Positions 40,113-53,957 are shown, counted from the stretch's first letter. The stretch is DNA of 64,000 nucleotides from Octopus vulgaris (GCA_951406725.2 OX597824.1:2356001-2420000), one strand, 5' to 3'. Numbers and translations: made by a program. Notes: generated by a model not told the origin, from the letters alone.

Positions 40113-41669
40113 ATATATGTGTGTGTGTGTGTGAGTAGGGTTTTTGTCTTTTATGAGAGATAATGGTTCCTCTCATCCAGGCCGGAGGTGTCAAACTGCA
40201 GTCACGTTTCTATGGCACTGTAATTCAATACATAAATAATCAGATTAATCATACAATGAGCTGGCAAACCTACAAAACCTGTTTGGGAAAGAGATCTTGA
40301 TCTTATTGCATTGAGCAACATGAAATATACATGTGTGTATATATGTGTGTGTGTGTGAGGGAGAAAGAAAGAGAGACAGATAGAAAGAGTGAGAGAGAGT
40401 GTCTGTGCGCGCGAGTATGTAGATTGTTTGATGTGGTGTAAAAAATTATATATACTAAGATAAAAGGAGGTAGTCAGAATTTTTCTTAGTATATATATAT
40501 ATATGTATATATATGTGTGTGTGTGTGTGTGTTGAGAGAGAGAGAGAGGGGGAGGGAGAGGGAGCAAACTTATAATATGAATGCGTATATATTGTGTAAG
40601 TGCGTGTACATGCGTGGTGTGTATGTATGAGTGGGTAAAACTTTAGGAGTCCATAATATGGCCATGCCAAGCAGTTGACTTGGCCATATTAAAGCAGTAC
40701 AAAGTTTCATCATTGATGTCTGTCGTGTGATGGCTTTGAGTGGAACCTGCTTTGTTCAGCCTGGAACTTTACATCCTGAAAGTACAATGGGACCAAAGCT
40801 GCTTCATCAATAACACAGCACAACAGAAGTTTTTTGTTCTTTTTTTCTGTTGTCAAAAGCTTTCAAACTGAACTAGGGGTCTTTTGAGATGCAGAACCCG
40901 AAAATCACACCCACTTCTTACCATCAAGTCAATAGAAGGGACCCACTGATACAAACAAACGAAGAAATTATTGTTATTAATTCAATTTTGTTTATTAATG
41001 ATACTTTTAATTTTACGTTATCACCAATTCTTTAAAGGATCAATGACATAAAAAGTGTTTGGCCTCTTTTATCCGTAATTAGACTTTAAATAACGGATTT
41101 GTGTGTTGAAATTCCTATTTTGTATTTTACTTTGCTTCATCAAAACCATTACCTATTTCTTTACACATCCGAATATCATTGATTGTCACTCATCGTAAAT
41201 TCTCTATGGCGTATATTTTCTAACCGTCCATTTAAAAGAGACGATTGATAGATCATCCAACGCCTTTACAACGCTTGGTGGGTGGATTCTACAGGTTAGC
41301 ATTCTGGATCGGACGACAGTTTGTTATATGAGGCTGAAATGAGTCCTAGTCAAGTGTAGTTAGAACCGCTTTTCCTTCGTGCTGTCATATCTTGGATGTT
41401 TTGCTGGGTTGAAGAGCTGGAAAACCGAGGTGCTGTCAACTTACACGCGCAACTGCATATGGACCTAGGAATAAATCACATCCAACTGCCCGTCACATCT
41501 CTTGCATTTATTGTCTGGGATATCGTTCTGATTCCTTGCTTTATACTTTATTTTAACGCCATACGGGAAGATACAAGGTAAAGTTGACTTCGGCCATATT
41601 CGTACCAGAACCTACATGTTGCTAAGTCATTCAAGATATTTTACTCGGACACTGATATATCCAGTTCTT

Positions 41670-42078
41670 CACTACCTACAAGGGGCTAAACACAGAGGGG
41701 ACAAACAAGTACAGACAGCCGGATTAAGTCGATTATATCGACACCAGTGCGTAATTGGCACTTATTTAATCGATCCCGAAAGGATGAAAGGTAAAGTCGA
41801 CCTCAGTGGAACTTGAACTCACAACGTAACGGCAGACAAAATACCTATTTCTTTACTACCCACATGGAGCTAAACACAGAGGGGACAAACAAGGACAGAC
41901 AGACGGATTAAGTCGATTGTATCGATCCCACTGTGTAACTGGTACTTATTTAAACGACCCCGTAAGAATGAAAGGCAAAGTCGACCTCGGCGGAATTTGA
42001 ACTCAGAACGTAACGGCAGACGAAATACGGCTACACATTTCGCCCGGCCTGCTAATGTTTCTGCCAGCTTGCCGCTGC
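41670..42078 (-). mobile_element. Tandem/nested SINE family B pair
   Basis: The second copy's tail (CCTATTTCTTTACTACCC) begins directly after GGCAGACAAAATA of the first copy. Confidence 0.85.
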
Positions 42079-42469
42079 CAATTTATCTGTCAATTTACCT
42101 ATCATTAATCAGCATTTAAAAAATATTCGCTGCTTCTACTTAATATTCAACGTTGCTACTGCCAACGTAATAAAAGGTCTCTGTGTCTCCTTCCATCCAT
42201 TAATAAACTCTCCCGAACAGATTGCTTTAGCGTTCTTCCTATGCTTTGTCTTTCAGGCGTTTGTTAATAGTATTGTTTGAAATATAGACGAAATGGAAGG
42301 TGCGATGGCTATTGTTGTTGTCGTTATCGTTTTTATTGTCATTGATGCCTTCTTTTGTTAATCTGTTGTTACTGCTCTTTCTGTTAACGTTAATTCTACT
42401 GCAGTTGCTGTGCTTGTTGCAGCCGTCGGTGCCACTGTTGTTGCCGGTGACAGAGGTGTTCCCTTTGTC

Positions 42470-42702
42470 CTATTTCTTTACTACCCACAAGGAGCTAAAC
42501 TCAGAGAGGACAAACAAGGCCAGACAAACGGATTAAATCGATTATATCGACCCCAGTGCGTAACTGGTACTTATTTATTCGACCCCGAAAGGATGAAAGG
42601 CAAAGTCGACCTCGGCGTAATTTGAAATCAGAACGTAACCGCAGACGAAATGCCACTAAGCATTTCACCCGGCGTGCTAACGGTTCTGCCAGCTCGCCGC
42701 CT
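42470..42702 (-). mobile_element. SINE family B, full length
   Basis: Matches 17291-17524 along its length. Confidence 0.88.
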
Positions 42703-43082
42703 TGTTTTTGTTGTTATCGTCGTCACTTGCATTTTACTCGTTTTTGGTTGATAGCATAAAATCGTCGGCCAAGCACAACGGTCGTTGCTATTCCCTCCCC
42801 TCAAAACTATTGGTCGCCTGTCTAAATTAGAAATAAGTATGATTACTATCGTTTATAAGGCTGTGTGGGTCGGAAGAACCATTAGATTAGAAAACTAACG
42901 TTATTTCTTTCAACACTTAATATTCTGATTTCGAATCCACTCAAGTTCAAAGTTGCCTTTCAAAGTTTTGGGATCTATAAAATAGCAGTAAAGCACTGGG
43001 GTTAATGCTAATGACTCGACCACTTCTCTACAAATGTCAGCATTTATATTTTTATGCAAAAAACATTATGACAACTCTTAAA

Positions 43083-43306
43083 AGGGTGAGCTGGCAAAAT
43101 CGTTAGCATGCTGGGCGAAAGGTTTGGTGGTATTGCGTCGTCTTTACGTTCTGAGTGAAATTTCGCCGAGGTCCACTTTTCCTTTCATCCTTTCGGAGTC
43201 GATAAAATAAGTACCACTTACGCACTGGGGTCGATGTAATTGACTATACCCTCCCTCGAATTGCTGACCTTGTACGTATAGTAGAAAGGATTATTATTAT
43301 TATTAT
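43083..43306 (+). mobile_element. SINE family B variant with (TTA)n tail
   Basis: GAGCTGGCAAAATCGTTAGC...CCTTTCATCCTTTCGGAGTCGATAAAATAAGTACC...; tail AAAGGATTATTATT. Confidence 0.8.
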
Positions 43307-43308
43307 TT

Positions 43309-43555
43309 AAGGGTTTTTCTTCTTCTTTCAAATTTGCTTCCATTTCTTGCCGAGTGTCTTCCCGACTCCTAGGGCAAAGAAACTCATAATATACATTGGT
43401 AGGCCATTAACCTAAACTCACTAGTTCGTTCATTTTTTTTTATAGAAATAAAGTTAAATTAAAATACATGGGTAGTAATAGTTCTCACATCGACAACGCT
43501 CTTCTCAATACGTGTGATGTACCAGTGAAGACAATCTTTTGCACTTCTTGCAGGG
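43309..43555 (-). mobile_element. R4/Dong-type (RLE) non-LTR retrotransposon 3' fragment in (TAA)n
   Basis: Minus strand LQEVQKIVFTGTSHVLRRALSM* resembles the RLE-element C-terminus (QK..L.GT.HILR..L); flanked by TAA repeats on both sides. Confidence 0.75.
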
Positions 43556-43605
<50 letters not shown>

Positions 43606-44539
43606 AGCGAGATGACTGGATCATTAGGCACGCCGGACAAAATGCTAAACGGTTTTACGTTCAACGGTCAACTGTCCTTTCAGGGTCGATAAAATAAGTA
43701 CAAGTTAAACACTGGGGTTGATGTGAACGACTTCCGCAAATATTTCTTACACCTATAATAATCAATGTTGCTGTTGTCGTTCCAACCGTCCCTGCTGTAC
43801 TCTTCGTCGCTTGACATGGCGAAGATGTTGCTTCGACTGTTGTTGTTCTTGCTTCACTTTTTATGGCTGTTGTTATTGTTTCTATTGCAGCTGATGTAGT
43901 TATTGGCTATTACTAAGTTCATTGCTGCTGTTACTGCCACCACTGCTGCTACTGCCGCTGCTGCTACTGCCGCTGCTGCTGCTGCCGTCTCTGACTCCCG
44001 TTTGTTACTGATGATGTACTTAATGCTGTCAATGTTACTGTTTCGTTTCTCTCCATTCTTTCTACTTCTCTTCATTCATATGGTAGTGTTTATAGTTGAT
44101 TGTTGACCTGGTAACTATGAGTTTTATATAATTCCATTATAATTATGCAACGGAGGAGGAGATTAAGTGGACGGCTTGCTGAAACATAAAGCGTATAACA
44201 AAAAAAATTACACCAAAAACATATAAACTATAAAAAATAAGCATATATATATATATATGTATATTTATATATATGTATATAGTGTATGGATAATTTGTGG
44301 ATCATTTCAAATCATCTAAAAGATACACGTTCTGTTGCTTAGCAACTGAGAACTAATTGCTACCTGTTATTGAGTCCAGGTATTAGGAGTGCGTTCGATG
44401 GATAGGTGGTTATGGTGGCTGTGGTGGTGGTGGGGGAGCGTAGAAACCTGTTTTGCTTTGGCACAATGCGCTTTCAGTTGGATTACTACTTCAGCTTGAA
44501 TATATGCAAGTACCTATATTTCTAAGTGTAAAGTGGCAG

Positions 44540-44797
44540 ATGTATATATATGCATATATATATATATACATATATATAAACACATATATATATATATGTA
44601 TATATACACACATATATATACATACATATATATATTCAAACATACATGCAAGATGCTATATATATATATATAGCTTGTGTGTATGCACATATGTACATAC
44701 TGATTTATATATATATATATATATATGTATTAGTATATATATATATGCATATATATATGTATATATATATATATATCCATATATGTATATATATATG

Positions 44798-44849
<52 letters not shown>

Positions 44850-44990
44850 CACGCACATTTATATATTTATATGATTTATATATATATATGTATTAGTATA
44901 TTTATATATGCATATATATATGTATATATATATATATATATATAAATATCCATATATGTATGTATATATATATGTATATATATATATATA

Positions 44991-45033
<43 letters not shown>

Positions 45034-45085
45034 GCACATTTATATATTTATATGCATGCACACGCGCGCGCGCGCATATATATGT
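44540..45085. repeat. Imperfect (TA)n block
   Basis: Degenerate TA/CA/TG array. Confidence 0.9.
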
Positions 45086-45233
45086 GTGTGATTTCAGGAC
45101 TTCAAACAACACAAATTAACTAAAAGCATGTATAGTGTGTTACAGCTATTTTTTTTTTTTTGATGAAAAACCAAATGCACTGCTTAAAATACTCATATAC
45201 ACGTGTGTGCGTATTTGCATGTATCTGTTTGCA

Positions 45234-45272
<39 letters not shown>

Positions 45273-45424
45273 TTGTGTGTGAAACCACCATGAATTGATT
45301 TTAGTAAATGTAGAGACGATGGTTTATAAGTTGATAGCAGAAAGACTATAAATGTATAGAGCTATCTCTGATCCTCACTCTCTTCGCAGTAAAAGTTTGA
45401 GAAATTTGTTTCTTAATCAAAGTA

Positions 45425-45495
45425 TCTACCTTATATCTATCTATTTACCTATCTATATATCTATCTATTTATCCATCTATCTATCTATCTATCTA

Positions 45496-45538
<43 letters not shown>

Positions 45539-45611
45539 ATCTATCTATCAATCTATCTATCTATCTATCTATCTATCTATATATATATATCTATTTATCT
45601 ATCTATCTATC

Positions 45612-45707
<96 letters not shown>
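45425..45707. repeat. (TATC)n/(TA)n microsatellite
   Basis: Visible array; explains the LSIY ORFs. Confidence 0.95.
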
Positions 45708-45910
45708 ATGGTCGCCATGATAGATCGTTAGCCACTACACATTTTTTCTTACCTTGTTTCTCTACTTGTATTTTTTCTGTGTCCCTTTCTGTAGGAGAGC
45801 GTAGGCTCGAAACGTAAAAGACTTTTTCTATTCCTGAGCGTTAAACTAATACATCTGTTTGTTTTTTACACCATCTGTCTTCGTCTTTTGTTTTTGTCGT
45901 AAACTTTCCC
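45708..45910 (+). mobile_element. Short hammerhead-motif repeat (family H) inserted in (TATC)n
   Basis: CTGTAGGA-GAGC-GTAG-GCTC-GAAACGTA (45789-45816); TATC arrays on both sides. Confidence 0.72.
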
Positions 45911-46025
45911 TATCTATTTATCTATCTATCTGTCTATCTTTCTCTCTACCTATCTGTCTATCTGTTTGTCTGTCTATCTGTCTATCTATCTATCTATCTA
46001 TCTATCAAATACACATACTCACACT

Positions 46026-46084
<59 letters not shown>

Positions 46085-46269
46085 GAGAGAGTGTGTGTGT
46101 GTGTTCCGTCTATAGTTGACGACATTTTTGTCTTGTTTTTTTTTCAGTACAGCTTGATTTATGGGTGACAGTCGGCGTTGAGAGTATGAAGTTTAGAGTT
46201 TTAGTTAAAAGATTTTTATTGGTGGCGTGGAGGACTGGAATCCTTCTAAATATTGGAAAAGAGTTACCT

Positions 46270-46840
46270 GTATCACGACTGCTTTTCAATGGCATATAAC
46301 AGCGTCAGCACGCCGGAATGTGTGTTGGAGTCAGCACCATAAAACTTGCCCTGAATGAGGATCTTTGCTACCACTCGTACAGGAAGCACAAATTCTAACA
46401 CCCATGACCAAGGTGGGCCACTTGGTGAAGGCAAAGACGCTCCTAAACAAGCTGACATTTACTGAGCCGGAGATGATCTGGTTATTCTCAAACGGAAAAG
46501 CTTCTGCCAGGACCAATTGCAGAATACCCAAAACAATGGGTGTCCTGCCTTCAATCCTAGTAATATCTCACGAATCATAAAAACCAAGTTCTCTCAAACT
46601 GTGGTGGTTTTGGGGAGTGTCTTCTGCAGTGAGGGTAACGTCAGACAACTCCACATCTTTCAACAGGACCCTAGGCTCAAATAAGACGACAATGTGAAGC
46701 TGCTAGATTCTGTGGTCAATCCCTGCAGAGGGTCATTACCAGAAAGCCATGTGTGGCAGTAGGATTCGCATGTTTGCCATACCTCCGGAAAGCATCAAAT
46801 GTAGTTGTCGGAAAATTTCTACTTCACCAATTTCTGAACT
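46270..46840 (+). pseudogene. DD37D/maT transposase remnant
   Basis: STIKLALNEDL.YHSY, WLFSNGK/SFCQDQ..NTQN, TKFSQTVVVLG, SEGNV...HIF and VWQ*DSHVCHTS. Confidence 0.8.
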
Positions 46841-49164
46841 GCTAATTGCCCCATTACTATGTGTGTGATGCGGTTGAGAAAGACGCCAATATCTCTGCTA
46901 TTATAGCATGTTATGTGTGATTGGTCGAGATGTTGCCGAATTCGTTAGAACGTCAGACAAAAGATCTTGCAGTACTCACTGTTTTTTTACGTTCTGAGGC
47001 GAAGTCCCAGCCATATACACTTTGCCTTTGACTGCAATGGGTTAAATATATAAAGTACCAGTCAGTTACTGGGGGTCTGGTAAATGACACTTCCAGTATT
47101 TCCACCCCAGGTTTAAAAATTTTCTGATTTGGGATTAAGAATATAAAAGCAGTATCTTGGCAGAATCGTTTAGTGTGGCAAACACAATGCCTTGTACTAG
47201 TTCTGATTATATTCTAAAGTAAAAATCCGGGACAGGGTAACTTTGCTGGGTGGATAAGATAGAGCAGAATGTCAATCAAGAGTTACTGACGACTTAATCG
47301 ACAACCACCGAACCCACTCATTTATGATCTTCTGTCAATATCAGAAACAATTATGTAATCTATGATAGCCACTCCGACACCTTTGTTGCATTATAGACAT
47401 ATGAAATTCAGTAATTTTGGGGTTTATCGATAAATTAATTATAAATTAACATACACATTGAAATGCCAATTTAGAATTGTATGTCTGAAAATACTCACAA
47501 TAAAATTAAACTCACCCATTTTTAATGTTGGGTGCATAACCTGCTATACAATAGGAGAACTAAACCACTATCAACCAACTAAACCTGCACTGACAAAAAA
47601 CAAAAAATATTATTAGCCAAGTAATAGGAAACATATTTCTTTGTATTTTACTGAAATAATACTAACAGACTTCCTTTTCTTCAATAGAATGACGAAAATT
47701 TGATCAATAGCAAGTGAAAAAAAAGTAGAGGCATTGTTTCGCACATTGCAGCAATTGAATTAGCTTCGAGCTATATCATTACCAAATTCACAGCAGTCAT
47801 ATCTGCTATTTTGTACGTACGCAATGATAAAGAATTATGTAAATCTCTGCAAGACGTGCTTTAATTCCGTGTGATGTTGGCGGTAATGGTGGAAGTGGAA
47901 ACGGCGAGGAACGTAATTTACAATAGTGTTGTTCTTCTTTGAGTAGAGAAAAAGGCCACTGGTTATTGAAGAGTTAAATTTAATTTAGACTCGATATAAA
48001 AGTTATCGCAAAAGGTGTTCAGTAATTGTCTTGAAATTCTCTATAAAACAAAAGACAGACATTCACATCGAAATACAACATCACTTATGCTGGAGTGAGT
48101 ACTAAACACATATGACTACCTGAATCATTATTAGATTCACGTGTATATTGGCTCCGTCAGTGCCCTGCTGGTTGAATGCACCGTATTCTGGTCAACAAAG
48201 ACAGTTCGTATCTTGTGAGAGTAACGAAGACATATTTAACTCATTTGCCTTTGTTTTTTATGGCAGAGCACTTCATTAATAGACGACCAGAGTGTATTCT
48301 TTATCTAATTCCAATCAGCCAAATCCACATCGATCTCCATTTGGACTAAGGCTAAGATAACACAAAGCGAATTGTTAAAATTATTGACAAGGCTGCTGTA
48401 AAAATAAACCTAAAATTCTAAATCTCGACAAATAATGCAAGACATTTTGTCCAACTCTAAATCTTCTATCATTTCACCGCTATAATAATAAATGCAAAGC
48501 CGCCTGATGTTCACACGTAACGACCCCGGAGGGATGAAAGGCCACAACAAATGTAGCTTGGTAATTTGTTCGCTGCTCTAACGTTTTCCGAAATCTGATG
48601 GTAAGAGCAGATAATCCTACGAAGACTCTGTGTGTATATGTGTGCCACCGTATCTGTGTGTATGAGTGTGTGGTGTGTGTATGTCTGTGTGGGTGTGTAT
48701 GAGTGTGTGTAGTCATTCTGTGGCTTCTATTTTTAATCGAAGCATTCAGTTATGAATGTCTCGTACTATCCGATCGTCTCATATGTCATATTATAATGTC
48801 CACCCATCTTTAATGTAACTTTTTGTTTAAGCTTGTTTCAAGTATTTGCTACTTTTTTCGGTTTATCCACCTTTACCTCATATTTTCCCTTCTCTTTTTT
48901 CTCTGTCTTCTTGAAGTATGCTCAACTCATGTTCGGTTACACACTCTCCCTTTCCATCCCTACCTTCTTGTTTCCCTCTCTTTCTCCCACTCTCCCTTAC
49001 TCTCTCCCTCTTTCTCCCACCTCTCTCTCTCCCTCATTCTCTCTCATACATTTTCTCGTTCAAATTCTTGTTGTCAATAATTTCCAGCTCAATTGTCATT
49101 GCAAATAACGAGAATGTTTTCAAATTATTCGTTTCGGATGTGTTATTGATGTTGCTGTTGCTGT

Positions 49165-49528
49165 TGAGCGAAGCGGTCTTCGTCCCGTGAGTGGGAGAAG
49201 TCCGAAACGTGGTCCTTTTCTATTCGTAAGACCCGCAGAAGAGAAAGCAGGTCAACACCCGACACCGAGAGCATCGACGGCTGGATGGATGCGCATCGAG
49301 GCTCAGCGGTTGCGTAGGAAGTCGGGGACAAGAAACAGGAAGAAAGAGTGAGAGAAAGTTGGGGCGAAAGAGTACAACAGGGATCGCCACCCCACCCCCC
49401 TTCCGGAGCCTCGTGGGGCTTTAGGTGATTTTCGCTCAATAAACACACACAACGCCCGGTCTGGCAATCGAAACCGCGAACCTCCGACCGCAAGTCCGCT
49501 GCCCTAACCACTGGGCCATCGCGCCTCC
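49165..49528 (-). mobile_element. tRNA-derived SINE family C, full length, with ~19-bp TSD
   Basis: Head GGAGGCGCGATGGCCCAGTGGTTAGGGCAGCGG...GGTTTCGATTGCC; ATTGATGTTGCTG(T/C)TGCTG at 49145-49163 and 49530-49548. Confidence 0.9.
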
Positions 49529-49829
49529 AATTGATGTTGCTGCTGCTGGCCTTTTATTTTATTATTCATACGTGTAATGTTGTTGCTGTTGATGCTATTC
49601 TTTTCGCTTTTGCCTTTCTTTTCCTCGTTGTTTCCCTTGTTGTTTTTGTTGTCATCCTTTTAACTGGCTTTCGACGTCGATTAAGTGAGTGATGGTTAAT
49701 TGTGTGGTTAACCTTGTCGCTAATGCGCTTATGCAACGTAAGACCAAATGGTTATAAACCAATGCAGCGACTGTGAATTTTCAGAATCTTTAGAGCCACA
49801 GAAGAATATAATATATCTTAAAACATCTA

Positions 49830-50246
49830 GATTCATCGCTGAGGTCGGCTTTGCCTTTCAACGTTTCAGGTTCGATAAAGTAAGTACCAGTTAAACACTG
49901 GAGCTGATGTAATCTATTTACTGCCTCGAAACTGCTGGCCTTGTGCCAAAATTTGAAATTAGTATTATGAGGAACCCGACATCTTTGCTTCAAGAATTTC
50001 AGCTAGTAGTGATCATCAAATTTAATATTAGAATCAACTGGGTTACCTGATATCTTTTTAATCCTCAATACGATAAGCACAATGGCACTACGTCTCGTGG
50101 AAAGAGGCTTAGTCAATTTGATCGATCGCAGGACCTCGAAAGGTTATAAGGCAAAGTTGACCTCGGCAATATTTGAACTCAGGACAAGACGAAATGCCGC
50201 GAGGCATTTTGACTAGGGTGCTACCGAGTCAGCCAGTTCACCACCT
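49830..50246. mobile_element. Two degenerate SINE family B fragments (+ at ~49830-49965, - at ~50095-50246)
   Basis: CTTTGCCTTTCA..GATAAAGTAAGTACCAG, and GGCAAAGTTGACCTCGGC..TTTGAACTCAG. Confidence 0.65.
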
Positions 50247-50529
50247 TTACTACCATTCAAGTTTTCGTTTTGCCCGTCATATACTTACATCTTCAATTTG
50301 TTTCCGATTATTTCAAGCTTTTAATATTTTACCATATTTATACCTTCTTAAAAAGTGATTGTGGATTAGTAACATGTACTCTGCTGCTATTAATCGTTCG
50401 TTGGAAAGCAGGGTACGTATCGCAGGGTAATCGTGACCAGGCATTCACGTGTTCTTGTCTCTTACATATTTAACCTGGCCGCATATCCAGGATGTAATCG
50501 TTGTTAGGGAAAAGGGATTCACCGACGTC

Positions 50530-50673
50530 TGGTACTCATTATTTCTGAGTAGACTGGACCAATGTGAAAGGACGTACCAAGCTCAAGGACACAGTGCGCT
50601 GCCCTGACCAGACTCGAGCCCATGAATTTAAGATCATGGGCCGAAGACCTTGTCCATTAGACTGCGCAACTTC
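50530..50673 (-). mobile_element. Old SINE head related to family D
   Basis: CTGAGTAGACTGGACCAATGTGAAA...GCTCAAGGACACA aligns with 57559-57608. Confidence 0.55.
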
Positions 50674-50917
50674 ATACGTCCATTACTTGAGATAATTTAC
50701 ACCTTTTACTCGTAATGATTTCTCTCTATTTCAGATGGAAACGAACTCATTCCCCCAAACTCCAAATCATTCAAAGTCAACTGGAAACTGATAAAAATGA
50801 AGAGAAAAGCAGGCCCAGAAACGGACGCCTTTGAGATGCTAATTCAGTAGAAGCTGTGGTAGAAATAAGTCTAATGACCTGTCCTTCAACGAACAATTTG
50901 GGCAAACGAAATTATTA

Positions 50918-51038
50918 GAGTATTAATAAAGAAGAGTGTTAATAAATTATAAGAGTGTTAATAAAGAAGAGTATTAATAAATTATAAAAGTATTAATAAA
51001 GAAGAGTATTAATAAATTATAAGATTATTAATAAAGAA
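50918..51038. repeat. Minisatellite, 35-bp dimeric unit x3.5
   Basis: Alternating GAGTRTTAATAAAGAA (16 bp) and GAGTRTTAATAAATTATAA (19 bp). Confidence 0.9.
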
Positions 51039-53654
51039 GTCTCAGAATCTCCAACAGCAGGACTCGAACTCAGAACGTTAAAGGAATGGACAATCTATGT
51101 GTAACAAATTTCAACAGATACCTTTTACAAGGAGAAACAAAAACTGAATGAGATTAAATTTCGTTACACATACTCTTCTAAGAGGGAGATCAACTCTGCA
51201 ACATGTCATTGAATATCTGAAGCAAACGATCCTACTTCTTCACTATTATTGTATTCAAATGTGATTTGCTGCTGATATTTAAGTATTCTTCATGATGTTA
51301 ACGATTCGAAATTCATCTTGTTGTACCTCATATTTTTCTTTCATCTTCAAAGAAACTATTTTTTCCGAACCGTCTACTATTAAAATGATCGAGAAAACGA
51401 ATATGTCAATTTCTTGGTAATTTCTCTTGGGAAATCTTTTCTTAAGCAATAGATAGAAATGCAATACGAACATAAACATCTATCGATATAATAACTCGCG
51501 TACCATCTATTATGTATGACAGAGGAATAGCCTATAAAACTAAATATCATGTTGCTAACAACATGAACATTTCTGAAAAGATCTCTTCTCGGCTATTTAG
51601 TAATTCATTTATTTTATTTGTAGTAAATTGCGGGCCTCTTTCAGGCAAATCGGATGTTCACTACATTTCTAATCGCACGAATGACAAAGGCATGTTTAAC
51701 TTTTAGAATAATTATCGTAACAGCTTTCGTCCACAATATCTTGGGATGGTCAGCGGTCCTGCCTCCACCGTATAGCTGTATATACAATGACGCGCATCCT
51801 GATGTACATGTTGGGGTGTCATTAAGTTTCTATATTAGAAATTTTGTGCATAAAGCATTGCCCGTGGTGTCGCAGAGTAGGATCGTACCCGGCACTGGGT
51901 AGATCCGAAGCAACAATCAGAAGTCGTCCACGCTGGGGTTAACGCTGATTGATCACTGTCGTTGCGCAAGTATAAGGACCTTGGCATCCTGCGTCTGTAG
52001 CCAGGCTTGGATTTCGTACTGAACATTATTTACTTTCGCTTGCTTTATAAATATACATGAGAGAATATAAGCATTGCGCTCTCCCATTCTAGAGGAGGAA
52101 AATAAGTTTTATATAACGATGTGTATATTATTCATAATCCACACACGCACACACACACAGACGTGGAACGGCCCTGGTTGTAGTATCTTGTCTAAGAGAA
52201 GCATCTTAAAGAGACCAGTGTCTTACACAGCTTGCTCAGAATATCGGTGGTGGATCGGTGGATCGCCTGTGTTTTGGTGTCTTCTGTGACAAACACGCCC
52301 AACCATTCTTAACTAAGGCGACATACATTTGTTGACAATATAGAAATTGGCATAAAACACGACATTCACTGATTTGTGCGAAACTAGGCTTGGCTGCCCA
52401 AAATGATTTTACACAACTGAATTAACATTTGACTAAAATAATGCGCAGTAATATCATGTCTCAGAAGAATTTATCCAAGTGACTGGAGTTTTATAAGTTG
52501 CATGGCTCGCAGAGAGCGTCGACGATGTGCCAGTTACGTTCTTTCGACTATATTTGGTCTCCGCTGTGACTATCCAGAGGTCATTCCAAACCTAGGTGAA
52601 AATATCTGCTCCGATATAAAAATCGAAAAACAAAGCTATGTTAGGGATTTCTATGATGATATGTAAACTAGCAACAAGTTGCAATATATCGAAGCAAAAA
52701 ATAAACCTTCATATTTGTTGTGTTTTTTGTTAGTTTCCTATTGGCTATAATGTTGCCGACCTACAACCAATTAGATTTCAACCGTATATAAATCCACTAA
52801 GGTACTTATTCAAGTCCGATAATCTAGTTTCAATTAAAAGATTTATCCAAATGAAGTCATAATCTCACGTTTATCTCCAGGAAGAATCCTTACTTGGATG
52901 AATTACTGAAATCCTTCCATCAAACTTGAAACCATGCCAAATAACATTTACGTAACCATCAGTTTGAAGCGCATGATGTAGTATGGAAAACAGGTAAACC
53001 ATGCTATAATATGAATTTACAGTCATCATAACCTCACTCCCTTTTTATATGTTTACGGCAATCCTGACGACATTATTCAACTTATCCTTTACTTTAAAGA
53101 CGACGGGATATAATCTGGTGCTGAGTGGCCGCTTTTTCTAGCAGATAGCTTGAAATTCTCAAATTACTTATAATTAATTATGGAAGACAAATAACTGTTC
53201 ATCATGAATGCCACACAGGAAAAGTATTAATGCCTAACATTACATTTTTCGTTCCGTGGACACACATTCTTCTATGTGTTTCTATATAATTTCCAAATTA
53301 CGTATACGCTGATTCTACCGAAAATAACATAACAGTGAGCATATTAACTGATATTGGACATTCAATTTCCACATGCTAGTGGAGTAGTTTTTCCTCCATA
53401 CAAAGAAAATAAACACTTCATCACAAACTCCATCCGAGTAAAATACGAATCAAAGGGTAAAAACTGGTTGAAAAAACATTGCTTCAATCAAGCAGTGTTT
53501 TGTTAAATTTCAAATAGTTTCGGTTGTTACTTTTGTTAGGTAAGTTAGTCATGCCAGACATGCCTGGAGTGTTTATTAATTCAATTACGAAGTTTTGTGT
53601 ATACCTCATGATAAACTTCACTTCCACACACATATACACACAGACCCACACATA

Positions 53655-53693
<39 letters not shown>

Positions 53694-53825
53694 TAAAATT
53701 TAAAATGAGGGTGAGAAATTAGATATTAATTTAATTGACATCAATTTCACACCAGTGGTCTAGCATAAAAAAGAAATGAAGGTTCAGTAAAATTGTGTTA
53801 TATATATGATAGTAGTTTCCCTCTA

Positions 53826-53886
<61 letters not shown>

Positions 53887-53925
53887 TGCATACACACACA
53901 TACGTGTGTGTATATAAATGTATGG

Positions 53926-53957
<32 letters not shown>

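Noticed and set aside
40655-40690. Hairpin AATATGGCCATGCCAA/TTGACTTGGCCATATT
   Set aside because: A 16-bp imperfect stem is too short for a pre-miRNA and has no other support.
43854-44106. Poly-Ala/Thr ORFs
   Set aside because: Degenerate (GCT)n/(GTT)n simple repeat with no splice or homology support.
50918-51038. CRISPR-like repeat array (also considered for 26954-27235 and 61030-61245)
   Set aside because: No unique spacers, no cas genes, eukaryotic context.
51654-52030. GC-richer island with short ORFs on both strands
   Set aside because: Frames are short or interrupted and no recognisable domain was found.
52560-53260. Possible piggyBac-like remnant on the minus strand
   Set aside because: Only vague motif echoes; no TTAA/TIR ends identified.
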